Part shown: in pieces, positions 24,674-37,126 of the stretch
How positions within the stretch are numbered: position 1 is the stretch's first letter
Layout: every line of letters starts with the position of its first letter
From: Malacoraja senta
Lineage: Eukaryota
Reading direction: 5' to 3'
NCBI GenBank assembly: GCA_038087875.1
Contig: CM075977.1
Span: 91,450,001-91,514,000 of the forward strand
Length of the DNA: 64,000 nucleotides
Made by a program: the position numbers and the translations under genes
The notes under the pieces: generated by a model
The model's input: only the letters and a program-made list of their open reading frames with translations
Told to the model about the DNA's origin: nothing
The model's database searches: none

Positions 24674-25790
24674 ATGTAACGGGGACTCGCAGGAGTCCAG
24701 CCAAAAACTAAAAGGACACAAGTTGTGTGCAGGAGATGTGTTTATTCTCTCCGATACAGCACCCTACTCCTCCAAGGTCACGGGTGTTGCCCGGCCTTAA
24801 ATACCAACTCAGGTACAAACCCTGTGACTAGTGCCTCCCACACCGAGACACCGCCCTCCAGAGCCGAGGGTTCGTAGTCCCTGTGGGTTGCCACCAGTTG
24901 CCGCCACAATGATCGTTTACCTCAATATTATCTCAATATTATTTCTAATATATATGATTATACATGATTGGAGAATTGGTGTGGGTCCAGATCTTTACTA
25001 AGGCAGAGGTTGATCGATGCACATCATCATCACGGACGTTGGTGCCACTGGTCAGTACCCATTGAGAAATATGACCTTTAAGTCATCTTTACTAAGAGAC
25101 TAATTTTCCCATCATTATTTTCCAGCAAGACACTTCAGTTGACCATATTATACACTTCAACAATTATCATATTTCCAGATATTTCCCCATCAGGCACCAA
25201 CCATGTTGTGTCGACTTTCGATGTGTGACCAAAGAGACTGATTATCATCGGGATGTTAATAAATTGAAATGTTAATAAATTGGAAACGGCCTGTAGAAGG
25301 TTTGCTGGACTGCCGTGGAGTGACCTGGTTGTTTTATAATGAAACGTTTGTATCTGCAGGACATTAAAGAGTATCAAGTAAATTGATTGAAACTTAGAAA
25401 ATCCGGAGGTGTTTTGATAAGAGTGATTTGAAGAGGGATGTTTTGTCTTGTGAAGAATTTTGAACAAACTGTCATTGTTTAAAAAAAGGGGGATTGCCCA
25501 TTTTGGAGAGAAATGAGGAAAAATATTGTTCTCAGAAGTTTTTGAATTTTTGGAAGACTTTTCTTCTAAGGTCAGTGAAAGTGGAGAGGGAAACGGATAG
25601 AGGTACTTGATTTTTCTATCTCCTTCCTCATTCCATGGAGGTGAGAACTACGTGCCTACATAGGGCTGCTTAGTCACCGAGATGGTTGCTGAATTTCGCT
25701 GCTGCTGTCCAGTGAAGAGCGACCCTGTGCCTTGCAGTTACAGCTTCTAGTGTTTCCTCACCTGCTGCTTTGATGGTCTGCAATTGCCAC

Positions 25791-26337
25791 GGGTCTCCAA
25801 ATCTGAGGAAGGACATTCTTGCCATAGAGGGAGTACAGAGAAGGTTCACCAGACTGATTCCTGGGATGTCAGGACTTTCATATGAAGAAAGACTGGATAG
25901 ACTCGGCTTGTACTCGCTAGAATTTAGGAGATTGAGGGGGGATCTTATAGAAACTTACAAAATTCTCAAGGGGTTGGACAGGTTAGATGCAGGAAGATTG
26001 TTCCCGATGTTGGGGAAGTCCAGGACAAGGGGTCACAGCTTAAGGATAAAGGGGAAATCCTTCAGGACCGAGATGAGAAAAACATTTTTCACACAGAGAG
26101 TGGTGAATCTCTGGAACTCTCTGCCACAGAAGGTAGTTGAGGCCAGTTCATTGGCTATATTTAAGAGGGAGTTAGATGTGGCCCTTGTGGCTAAAGGGAT
26201 CAGGGGGTATGGAGAGAAGGCAGGTACGGGATACTGAGTTGGATGATCAGCCATGATCATATTGAATGGCGGTGCAGGCTCGAAGGGCCGAATGGCCTAC
26301 TCCTGCACCTATTTTCTATGTTTCTATGTTTCTATGT
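25791..26337 (+). mobile_element. CR1 subfamily A 3' fragment
   Basis: ORF 25770..26237 near-identical to the 16976 ORF; TTCTATGT tail. Confidence 0.95.
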
Positions 26338-28391
26338 CTTGAAGCCCTGACTTGTGCGTGACTTGGATTACAGTGAAGGAGAAGTTGTACAGGTTCAACC
26401 TCACTCTCCTGTTCGGCCTCATCTGATTCCAAGGGCAAGATGGCCAGAGAAGATTCTGAATGCAGCAGATTCTGGTACAGGCGCCACGGCACAGTGAACA
26501 AACAAAGAAATGAATTAAATGAAGCGATCCACACACACACCAGGGCCAGAGGCAGAATTATCCCAGTGACCGAAGGGTGACGGGAACAACTACACTTGAC
26601 CCCGAATCTTAGTTTCTCCCACTCCTTGTGTCCGGGTCCCAGACTCTCCTGTTCCTCAGGTTCCATCCTCTTCTCTCCCGCTCTTCTCATCCCAGTCCCG
26701 GTCCCTCTCACTCCTTGTGCACTGGTCCTGATCTCTCCCACTCCTCCAGTCCCGCTCCTCAGATTACAGTCTGGATCTCTTTCACTTCTTGAACCCCAGT
26801 CCTGGCTTCTCCCATTCCCTGCACTCTGGACCTCCCAGATATCTGGCACCCCAGGTGGCATCGTTTCGGAGCCATGCCTTATCTCCAAGCGGCCCTTGAT
26901 AAGTAAGGAGGTGAGTAGTTACTATAGGTAGACAGGAATGCAGAGTTATCATTGCCATCAGACCTTAATGAATCGCAAGGCAAGCTTGAGGAACCAAGTG
27001 GCCTAATCTTGCTTCACAACTGCGGTATGGTTTTGTGTCCAAATTGGTTGCCTATTTTGTGTATGTAAACTAGACCCTCATTTGGGGCTTGAGCACATGC
27101 ACCCTTAACATTTACAGCAGGATAGGAAACACAATCTGCACCTCTGGACAATCCTTCTTAGTCTAGCAGCCTTGAAGCCAAATGTTTTTTCTGTTATATA
27201 GTGGGATATAGGCCATACGTGGGCAGGTGGGACGTATAGATAGTGTAGCCCAGTGTAGATCCCATCTTGGTTTGCATGGGCAATGTGGGCTGAAGGGCCT
27301 GTTTCCGTGCTGTGTGGCTCTATGCCTCCTGCTTGGACTATATAGCAGGATAAAGCAATGAACTTCCTGCTTTAGTGTTTTGAAAGCATTTGTGGACAAG
27401 ATACCAAATGCAATGTTCAGTAATAACCCGCTCTTCAAAGCATTTTGGAGACAGCAAATAGCCAGCGTCGCTGACAATTTGACAGGCCATTTCAACTGTG
27501 AAATTAAAGTAGTCTCTATAGACTACAGTTTTGTCCCCCAACTTCATTCTTGAATTGCTGGTAGAACTGAAATGAATTCAGAATGAACTGCTTTTCAAAA
27601 TCTCTTCAATATAAACTGCACTGTAAGCTGTCATCACTTTTGCTTTCCCTCATTACATTACATGCTATTGTTGAATTCTTGGTGATTGAAGGTTTGGTCA
27701 GTCTAGCTGCATACAGATGAAAAAGCCCAAATATTTAATTGATTGTGGAATCGATATGATGGTGCTATATGTCTATAACTCAGTATTGATTTAGCCCCGT
27801 TGTTTTTCATACTTAATCGTTTAACACATCATGAAAATAACTGGCTAAATGTGCTCTAGGTAAAACAGTAAGCATATGGATATTGAGTTTTTGAATAGTA
27901 ATATATATTCTACTGAAAGCCAATAAATCAAAATCATAAAAATGGCACTGGCTTCAGCTAGGCTGCAGGTCTTAATAGCAACTCTGGTTCTCAAGACACT
28001 TTGATGAACAGCCTTTTAGTGTTGGCAGAGATTAATTTTTCACTTCCTTTAACAAATGTATTGTGAAACAACCACATGGTTTGGTTCCAGCTGAACATTT
28101 TCTCATTTGTTGAATCTGTAGGAACTATCATAGGCTCTTTGCATTATATTGCCCCAGTAGACCACTTTCTAACTATTGGGAAGTAATGCACGAAGCCTTT
28201 CAGAGAAACATTTTTAGCCCCTCCATTAGAGAAACAAAGGAAATATCATCAACAGCAATGCAATTAGATTGTTCTGCTAAAATTATTCTGCTTGCAAACA
28301 TTCCTTAGTGTGTCATTTAAGCATTTTGCAATGTTCTTACTCAATCGGCAAATATGACAAGTCTATGTAAGAAGTGCATGACTACAATCTA

Positions 28392-28945
28392 AAGATACAA
28401 CATACAAGATACAAGATACATTTATTTGTCACATGTGTCAGTTGGCACAGTGAAATGTGATCACCATACAGCCATACAATAAAATAAAAAAGTCTAGAGT
28501 TCAACATAAAACATCCCCACACAGCAGAATCAAAAGTTTCCCACTGTGAGGGAAGGCACTAAAGTCAGTCATCTTCCTCTGATGTTCACCCGTGGTCGGG
28601 GCCTCCGGAGCCCTCCGCAGTCGCCGCTACGGGCAGCCCGCAGCTCCGGCCTGCTCGCTGGGATGTTGGCACTCCGACGTTGGAACGGGAGGCCAACCTC
28701 AGCGGCTTGGACCTCCAAAACACCCGCTTCCCACCGGAGTCCGCAGCTCCCGACGTCCCCAGGCCGCGCCGGGCGGAGATTCACGCCGGCGGACCTCGGC
28801 AAATGGCCCAAGGGACTCCGCGATGTCAGTCAGCGCCGCCCGCGCTGGGAGCTCCGCGTACTACAACTCCGCGATGTCGATGCTGCAGGCCCAACGCTCC
28901 GGAGCTCCAAACGGCGATCCAGGTAGGTATCGCCCGCTCCGCAGT
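28392..28945 (-). mobile_element. GC-rich non-coding retroposon with Rex/Babar-type tail
   Basis: Minus 3' end GCCTTCCCTCACAGT..GTATGGCTGTATGG..TTCACTGTG..GTGACAAATAAA plus simple-repeat tail; related copies at 32360, 40750, 41688, 53328. Confidence 0.7.
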
Positions 28946-29154
28946 AAACATAACTCAAATAAAGATTTCCATTCAACAAACTGAACAGTCCAGTTAAGAT
29001 CAGTCCAGCAAAGATATGAGGTACAGTGGTGCAGTGGTAGAGTTGCTACCTTACAGCGCCAGAGACCCAGTTTCAATCATGACTGTGGGTGCTGTCTGTA
29101 TGGAGTTTGTACGTTCTCCCTGTGATCGTGTGCATTTCTTCTGGGTACTCACGC

Positions 29155-29182
29155 CTGAAGAAAGGTCTCGACCCGAAACGTC
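29155..29182 (+). ncRNA. Minimal hammerhead motif (core intact, A-C mismatch at base of stem II)
   Basis: CTGAAGA A AGGT CTCG ACCC GAAA CG TC. Confidence 0.5.
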
Positions 29183-29226
29183 ACCCATTCCTTCCCTCCA
29201 GAGATGCTGCCTGTCCCGCTGAGTTA

Positions 29227-29830
29227 AAGGCCTGTCTCACGAGTCTGCGGTCATTGGCGGCGAAACGGGAAGAATCTGCCGCCATAGACCGCGCACTCGT
29301 GAGAACGTACAATTCCGGGGCCGTGCGGCGGTGTTCCCAACACCGCACGGTGCTAAAATAAAACCGACAATGTTGAAAACTATAATCTTACCGCACAACC
29401 TCCACCAGTGATGCACGAGTGCGGCACGGCCGCCCGCACGGGCCGCCGCCAGTGTGGCTCGAGCGCCGTGCGTCAAACCTCCACTGCCACAGCCTCCGCC
29501 AGTGAGGCACGTGCCTCCGCCAGTGAGGCACGTGTGCGGTACGGCCGCAGGCACAGCCACCGCTACAGCGCCGCGATCAGGACGGCCGCCGCCACAGCCG
29601 CCGCTCGTGAGTCACGTGTGGCAGGCCGACGTCATCGCAGTCGGCCTGCCCTTTTTTTTACTTACCGCAAGCACGTGGGACCCGCCGTGTTTGAATTACT
29701 CGGCCCCCGCGCAGCATCCGTGCGGCGCTCCAGTGGATAGGCTCGGCGCTCTTGCCGTTGCCGTGCGGTCCCCGCTACCGGCGACGCCGCGCTTCACCGC
29801 CGATGACCGCAAACAGGTAAGACAGAGCCT
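29227..29830 (+). mobile_element. PIF/Harbinger-type MITE, very GC/CpG-rich
   Basis: Imperfect TIRs AAGGCCTGTCTCAC..TGCGGTCATTGGCGG / CCGCCGATGACCGCA..GTAAGACAGAGCCT; TTA TSD splits the host motif GAGTTACTCC. Confidence 0.88.
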
Positions 29831-30439
29831 TTACTCCATCATTTTGTGTTTATCTATAGAGGTAGTGTGAATGGGTATCGATGGTTGGTGTGGACTCAGC
29901 GGACCGAAGGACCTGTTTCCATGCTTTCAATCTTTCAATCTTTCAATCAATCTAATAGTAAAAATGTCATTGATGCCTGGTCTCAGAAGTGAAGTTGAAG
30001 ATGGTGCCACAGTGCCCACCCAAACGTGAAGGTCTGAGGAGCCCAAAATCTGAGGCTCAGGCTTCAAGCTGGGCTTTTGTCATTACACCTCAGACAACTG
30101 AACTACCTTAAACAGGCAAGAAGGGTCCCGAACAAAAACATCACCTGTTCATTCCCTCCACAGATGCTGCCTCACTCACCCACTGAGTTACTCTGCGTTT
30201 TGCTCTGAATTTCAGCATCTGGACTTCCTTGTGTCTAAATTTTGGATCATAGGGTTCAATGTCTATGAATCTGGCTTATGTCTCAGAGTGGTTTGAAGCA
30301 GCAATATGTGGGCAAATATGGGTGTTGTGGAGAAACAAGGGACTACAGGCACTGTTTTTTAAATTAATATTGTGGGGTTAAGGGGAAGAGTATTGTTCAC
30401 TCAGCTCCACGAGGGCCATTATGGACTCCACCCTTCCAG

Positions 30440-30618
30440 AGGTCACCTGTTGCCGACCCTGTTCTGTTCTGGCCTTCATGTCTTTCAGTCTGAAGAAGGG
30501 TTCCGGCCCAAACCATCACCTATTCCTTCTCTCCAGAGATACTGCCTGACGCGCTGAGTTACTCCAGCATTTTGTGTCTATCTTCGGTATAAACCAGCAC
30601 CTGCAGTTGCTTCCTACA
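30440..30618 (+). repeat. Penelope terminal repeat, decayed hammerhead motif (older copy at ~30115-30237)
   Basis: AGTCTGAAGAAGGGTTCCGGCCCAAACCATCACC...GAGTTACTCCAGC. Confidence 0.8.
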
Positions 30619-30830
30619 ACTCTCTATGGTAATTTGTATATGATCTAAGACATCACAACTCCTATGTTTCAGTTCCTTAGCTTTTGCAATCTTCTCCTTA
30701 GTAAAAATATTTTGTTTGCTGTAGCCCCCATCTCTTGGAGAGATAGATAGATTCTTCATTAGTACAGGTTATGGGGGAGGGTTGGATACTTTTCGGCGCC
30801 ACTGTTTCGGCGCTTCCGTTTATAATATCT

Positions 30831-31062
30831 NNNNNNNNNNNNNNNNNNNNNNNNNNNNNNNNNNNNNNNNNNNNNNNNNNNNNNNNNNNNNNNNNNNNNN
30901 NNNNNNNNNNNNNNNNNNNNNNNNNNNNNNNNNNNNNNNNNNNNNNNNNNNNNNNNNNNNNNNNNNNNNNNNNNNNNNNNNNNNNNNNNNNNNNNNNNNN
31001 NNNNNNNNNNNNNNNNNNNNNNNNNNNNNNNNNNNNNNNNNNNNNNNNNNNNNNNNNNNNNN
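30831..31062. other. Assembly gap, 232 N
   Basis: N run. Confidence 1.
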
Positions 31063-31199
31063 GCGCCGAATGGTACCATTCCGATGGGGGGAAGGCAGGA
31101 GAATGGGGTTAGGAGGGAGAGATAAATCAGCCATGATTGAATGGCGGAGTAGACTTGATGGGCCGAATGGCCTAATTATACTCCTATTCCTTATGACCT

Positions 31200-31545
31200 C
31201 CTGTAGCTCTGTACAAAGCAGGCACTGCTGGTCTTTAAGGAAACCTATTATTTCCCTAACTGCCCTTTTACTCTTTATATACATGTCGAATCTCTTAGGA
31301 TTTTCTTTTACCTTGCCTGCCAGCTACAGTTCCTGTATTATTTTAGCCGTCCTGATTGTCTCCTGAAATGTACTCTTACATTTCTTCCACATGCGGAGGG
31401 ATTCGCTTGATTTCATATGCTTTCTCCTCTTTCGTGACCAGAACTTACACATGTCTCAACAACTAGGTTTCCCTAAACCTACCAGCCATGGCCATTCATC
31501 CTAGGTCTTCCTAAACCTGCCAGCCATGGCCATTCATCCTAACAA
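31200..31545 (-). mobile_element. Old CR1 internal fragment, with an inverted duplicate at ~31657-31765
   Basis: LAGKVKENPKRFDMYI..KR.VREIIG encoded in both orientations. Confidence 0.75.
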
Positions 31546-32359
31546 GAACATGCTGCTCCTTTACTCTTCCAATTTCACTTTGAACTTCCAACTTCTTGGT
31601 CTCAAACTTCCACCAACCCTTTGCCTCCACAGCTCTGACCTGCTGACTTCTTTGCGGGCTAAAAGAATACAAGAAATGGAGCTGGCAGGCAAAGTAAAGG
31701 AAAATCCTAAGAGATTCGACATGTATATAAGGAATAAAAGGGTGGTTAGGGAAATTATAGGTTCTTTCAGTGGTGTTTTTTGCTCCACTTTCCGGCATCT
31801 GCAGTCTCTTGTGCCTTGAATCTTAAAGAGTCCTCGTGCAGTGATAAAGGATCATAGCAAGAAAGGTTAAGGAAAGACAGTGGGAATATTAACAATCACA
31901 GGTAAATAAGAAAGAATTGTTTTCAGCGAGGGAATGTGGTTGAGGAAAGTAAGTGTAGAAATTTGGAGTGAAAAAACAGAGATGAGACAAAGATTTATTT
32001 TGCATGAGAAGTTGTGAGTGTAATGAATTTCCAGTAAGGGTGAGTTGGGCTGTTCTTCAAAGTACTGACAGAGGTCATATGGTATAAACACTCTCCTTCA
32101 TGATGTTTAATTAACTAACTGCACAGATGTGTGGGCACAAACAGACACTATCACACCAAACTGATGTTGCAAAAGATGCACATGCACTGAAATGGCTGTG
32201 TAGTGAACACAATGAGCATCACCCACTCATCTTGTCAACTTGTCAAGGCATGTTTGGTGATGAAAATGCATAAAAGAAGACACCAGCATAAACAATTAAC
32301 ACAAAATCCTCAAGCAAAGCTGTAGAAACAGAATTCAGCAGAACAGAACAGGACTAACA

Positions 32360-32860
32360 TCGAGGAGCTGGAGGCCTTTGCTGGAGACCGACTTCGGGAG
32401 CTCCAACCACGGGAGCCTGCAGGTCTTAACATCGCGGAGCTCGTGATCCCTTTGCCAGGGATCGACCTCTAAGCTCCAGCCGCAGGAGCCTGCGGACTTT
32501 AAAATCGTGAAGCTCGCGGCCTCTGGTCAGAGACCTACTTCGGGAGCTCCAAGCCGCAGGACCTTCGACCGCCCCGATGCGGGAGCTTCGGTTGCCCCGA
32601 CGCGGGAGCTTCAATCGCCCCGACGGATGGTTCGACTGCCCCGTACGCGGGAGAAAAATGAGGGAAGAAGTTTAGACTTTATTGCCTTCCATCACAGTAA
32701 GGAATGTGGAATCCGCTGTGGTGGATGTTTATGTTAACTTTTATGTAGTTGTGTGTCTTGTTGCTTTTTTTTAGTATGGCTGTATGGTTATACGAATATC
32801 ACTGTAACTTAAATGGTACACGTGACAATAAAAGACCTTTGAAACCTTTGAAACCTTTCA
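32360..32860 (+). mobile_element. GC-rich retroposon with Rex/Babar-type tail
   Basis: GCCTTCCATCACAGT..GTATGGCTGTATGG..GTGACAATAAA, (CCTTTGAAA)n tail. Confidence 0.72.
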
Positions 32861-33964
32861 AAATTAGCTTAGTTAAAAATATGTATAAAATATATATCTT
32901 CTGTTGTTTTACATAAATATCTTTGCAAGTTATATTCCATGGAAGCAATAAATAATGTTTGGCCCTTCAGCTTTTCAATATACTACTCATATCTTTACGA
33001 CTATTATTTCCTGGAGCGTTATTCTTATTTCGCACAAATTCTTATTCATTGGTGTGGTCCTAATATTTTATTGCACGCATTGTAATATTGAGGCAGTAAA
33101 TCCCTGAAATGACTCCTCTGTGAAAGAGTTAAAGGGGAAAACAGGTACCAGGCACAGAATTACAGCAAAGGAACCTAGCCTTCACTGAGCTGATCCCTGA
33201 TGTGTGATAGTGGAGCGGATATGAGTGAGTAAAATGAGAATTAGTATCTCTAGTGGCATCAATTCTTCTGGAAAGATTTACTGAATAAATCTGAGCAAAT
33301 GGGGTTATAATTAATGGCTGAAATTTTTTTTTAATTCAAGCTTTGATAAATTACATTTTTCAATAGCATTTTAATTTGCTATGGTATTGAATCGTTCCAT
33401 TAGTTAGGCAAGTCTATGATCATGTAATACAGATGGATACCTTCACCGCAAAGGTAATCGGACACCTGGGACCACACTGGGAATCTCCTTCACCAATCAA
33501 ATTGAAGGATTGTAAAATTATGATATTTTTCTTCTCCTAATTTGGCATTGTATTCATCCGCTACTATTTACATTTCCTTCCTGGTCATTGTGCTATTAAT
33601 TTTACAATCCTTCAGAGGAAATGAAACACTGGATTAAAAGCGAGAGGGAAAAGAAAAATGTTTTTAAAAATGTTGAATTTTGGGACTAGGAAATGCAATG
33701 GAGTTCAAAACCTGCGTTAAAATGGTGGAGTGCAGTGGGCCTGATCAACTTCCTATGAGAATTCCAGACAGTGATATCTCAAAACCCAAGTGCTTGTGCA
33801 CTGTAAAATAGGTTTTACACACTTAACCCATCCTATCAACAACTAGGGAGAAGCCCTGCGCTGCTTTCTACCTCATTGGAGACCCTCGGATGACTGGAAG
33901 GGTGGAGCCCAAAATGACCATTATTGGTTGGGAAAAGTGTTCCTGAGCACATCTGTTGCCAGTC

Positions 33965-34170
33965 CTAATTTGATCTGGCCTTTCCTCGCCTGCAATTTAT
34001 TCCCCACCCCGCCCCACCACCCCCACCTCTACTTTCAGTTTGAAAAAGGGTTTCGACCTGAAACATCACCTATTTTTTATTTCTCCAGAGATGCTGCCTG
34101 ACCCACTGAGTTACTCCAGAGTTTCGTATCTATCTTCAGTACAAGCCAGCATCTGCAGTTCCTTCCTACA
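33965..34170 (+). repeat. Penelope 3' UTR and terminal repeat, decayed hammerhead motif
   Basis: AGTTTGAAAAAGGGGTTTCGACCTGAAACATCACC..GAGTTACTCC..CATCTGCAGTTCC. Confidence 0.75.
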
Positions 34171-34187
34171 CAGTCACAGGGAGAACA

Positions 34188-35730
34188 TATGGAGTACTTA
34201 AGGAAGTAGCTCCAGAAATAGTGGATGCATTAGTGATAATTTTTCAAAACTCTTTAGATTCTGGAGTAGTTCCTGAGGATTGGAGGGTAGCAAACGTAAC
34301 CCCACTTTTTAAGAAGGGAGGGAGAGAGAAAATGGGGAATTACAGACCAGTTAGTCTAACATCGGTAGTGGGGAAACTGCTAGAGTCAGTTATTAAAGAT
34401 GGGATAGCAGCACATTTGGAAAGTGGTGAAATCATTGGACAAAGTCAGCATGGATTTACGAAAGGTAAATCGTGTCTGACGAATCTTATAGAATTTTTCG
34501 AGGATGTAACTAGTAGAGTGGATAGGGGAGAACCAGTGGATGTGTTGTATCTGGACTTTCAGAAGGCTTTCGACAAGGTACCACATAAGAGATTAGGATA
34601 CAAACTTAAATCACACGGTATTGGGGGTTCAGTATTGATGTGGATAGAGTACTGGCTGGCAAACAGGAAGCAAAGAGTAGGAGTAAATGGGTCCTTTTCA
34701 CAATGGCAGGCAGTGACTAGTGGGGTACCGCAAGGCTCAGTGCTGGGAGCCCAGCTATTTACAATTTATATTAATGATCTGGACGAGGGAATTGAAAGCA
34801 ACATCTCCAAGTTTGCGGATGACACTAAGCTGGGGGGCAGTGTTAGCTGTGAGGAGGATGCTAGGAGACTGCAAGGTGACTTGGATAGGCTGGGTGAGTG
34901 GTCAAATGTTTGGCAGATGCAGTATAATGTGGATAAATGTGAGGTTATCCACTTTGGTGGCAAAAACGGGAAGGCAGACTATTATCTAAATGGTGGCCGA
35001 TTAGGAAATGGGGAGATGCAGCGAGACCTGGGTGTCATGGTACACCAGTCATTGCAGGTGCAGCAGGCAGTGAAGAAAGCGAATGGTATGTTGGCTTTCA
35101 TAGCAAGAGGATTTGAGTATAGGAGCAGGGAGGTTCTACTGCAGTTGTACAGGGTCTTGGTGAGACCACACCTGGAGTATTGCGTACAGTTTTGGTCTCC
35201 AAATCTGAGGAAGGACATTATAGCCATAGAGGGAGTGCAGAGAAGGTTCACCAGACTGATTCCTGGGATGTATGGACTTTCATATGAAGAAAGACTGGAT
35301 AGACTTGCCTTATACTCGCTAGAATTTAGGAGATTGAGAGGGGATCTTATAGAAACGTACAAAATTCTTATGGGGTTGGACAGGCTAGATGCAGGAAGAT
35401 TGTTCCCGATGTTGGGGAAGTCCAGGACAAGGGGTCATAGCTTAAGGATAAGGGGGAAATCCTTTAAGACCGAGATGAGGAAAAACTTTTTCACACAGAG
35501 AGTGGTGAATCTCTGGAACTCTCTGCCACAGAGGGTAGTTGAGGCCAGTTCATTGGCTATATTTAAGAGGGAGTTAGATGTGGCCCTTGTGGCTAAAGGG
35601 ATCAGGGGGTATGGAGAGAAGGCAGGTACGGGATACTGAGTTGGATGATCAGCCATGATCATATTGAATGGCGGTGCAGGCTCGAAGGGCCGAATGGCCT
35701 ACTCCTGCACCTATTTTCTATGTATCTATG
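34188..35730 (+). mobile_element. Young CR1 subfamily A with uninterrupted 472-codon RT ORF (5'-truncated)
   Basis: ORF 34221..35639 with full RT (FADD); 12-bp in-frame deletion (KVGM) relative to sibling copies. Confidence 0.97.
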
Positions 35731-35779
35731 TACTCTGCACAGAAAGCACCAGAGGTCAAGACTGAACTCAGGTAGTTGA

Positions 35780-36070
35780 GTGGCATGGTGGAGCAGTGGT
35801 AGAGTTGCTGCCTTACAACGCCAGAGGCCCGGGTTTGATCCTGACTACAGGTGCTGTCTGTACGGACTTTGTACGTTCTTCCTGTGATTCGGGTGCTCCA
35901 GTTTCCTCCCACACTCCAAAGACGTACATGTTTGTATGTTAATTTGCTTCGGTAAGATTGTAAATTGTCCCTAGTGTGGGATAGTGCTAGTGTATGGGGA
36001 CCGTTGGTCGGTGCGGACTCGGTGGGCTGATGGGCCTGTTTCCGTGCTGTGTCTCTATACTAAACTAAAC
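35780..36070 (+). mobile_element. tRNA-derived SINE
   Basis: A/B boxes, core, (CTAAA)n tail. Confidence 0.87.
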
Positions 36071-36194
36071 TGTGAGGCAGCAACTCAATTACCTTGGTTG
36101 CTATATCATCCATTGGCACACTGAATGTGAATGACCCCCATGTGGGACATTGTCAAAGGTCTTACTAAAGTCCACGTTGTCCTCATGAACACAC

Positions 36195-36488
36195 TTTAGT
36201 TTAGAGATACAGTGCGGAAACAGGCCCTTCGGTCGAACGAGTCCACACGGACCAGCTATCCCTGCACACTAACACTATTCCACACACACTAGGGACAATT
36301 TACATTTATACCTAGCCAATTAACCTACAAATCTGTAGGTCTTTGGAGTGTGGGAGGAAACCGAAGATCTCGGAGAAAACCCACGCAGGTCACGAGGAGA
36401 CCGTACAAACGACAGCACCCATAGTGGGTCTCTGGCGCTGCAAGCACTGTAAGGCAGCAACTCTACCGCTGCACCATCGTACCACCCC
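36195..36488 (-). mobile_element. tRNA-derived SINE, tail-to-tail with the previous copy
   Basis: Reverse complement of the SINE consensus seen here. Confidence 0.85.
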
Positions 36489-36713
36489 ACTTGTCGTCAT
36501 CAAAATAATCCCACTTAATATGAGAAAGAGGGTGAAGGTTGTTTTTAGTGACAGAAGGCTCGTGACCACAGGAACCAGTGCAGGAACCCCAACTGTTAGT
36601 TATATACTTTAGCAGTTTGGATGTTAAAATAGGACGTATGATCAGTAAATTTGCAGATGACACTAAATGGTGGTGCTGTCAATGTTGAAGAGGCTAGATT
36701 TCAGCTACAGAAT

Positions 36714-37126
36714 TGTGGCGCCTTCACGCCCACGTTGGTTGTAAAAAGAGTTGGGACGTCGAGTTTTATTTCGTCGACTAACACCGTGTCACTTTTATCG
36801 TCACGTATTTCGTAAGTAGAAGGCTGTGCGTACGAATCACGTCAGAGTCACCAGTTGTAGGATCTACTAAATCCCAACAGGATCTACAGAAAGCAAAGAG
36901 CAAATGACACTTAGCTGAGCCAGACACCTTGTGTTACGTTTATTCCAGAAGCCCCTTTTACTACATTCTCACCAATCATAACCCATGTGTAGATAAGGCC
37001 AATTAGTGCGTTTTGCCTTGGAGTTGTTATTGAGCTCTTGTGGCTGGACCTTCTCGTGAGGCTGCTGGCAAGTCGCCAGCGGTGACAGGCTGTACGCATA
37101 ACCAACGTGGGTGTGAAGGTGCCACA
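36714..37126. mobile_element. 413-bp TG..CA element with 27-bp TIRs and 4-bp TSD, inside an old CR1
   Basis: TGTGGCGCCTTCACGCCCACGTTGGTT / AACCAACGTGGGTGTGAAGGTGCCACA; GAAT at 36710-13 and 37127-30. Confidence 0.85.

Larger units (their letters stand above)
21245..24908 (-). mobile_element. Gypsy element 2: two-LTR provirus with internal RT deletion
   Basis: Direct 234-bp LTRs at 21245-21478 and 24675-24908 (TGT..ACA); flanks ATGG/ATGA; PBS TGGTGACCCCGACG (tRNA-Trp type). Confidence 0.95.
29018..29952 (+). mobile_element. tRNA-derived SINE interrupted by a Penelope repeat and a MITE
   Basis: SINE head 29018-29150, tail ~29860-29952. Confidence 0.8.

Noticed and set aside
21245-24908. Endogenous retrovirus
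   Set aside because: No env; gag and pol motifs are Gypsy-type
26316-26931. 190-aa and 111-aa ORFs
   Set aside because: Low-complexity pyrimidine-rich DNA; the longer one ends in a CR1 tail; no recognisable domain
28546-29870. GC-rich ORFs (also 53570-54028, 40726-41204)
   Set aside because: Stop-poor artefacts of GC-rich repeats
30759-31366. ORFs spanning the gap
   Set aside because: Created by the N run
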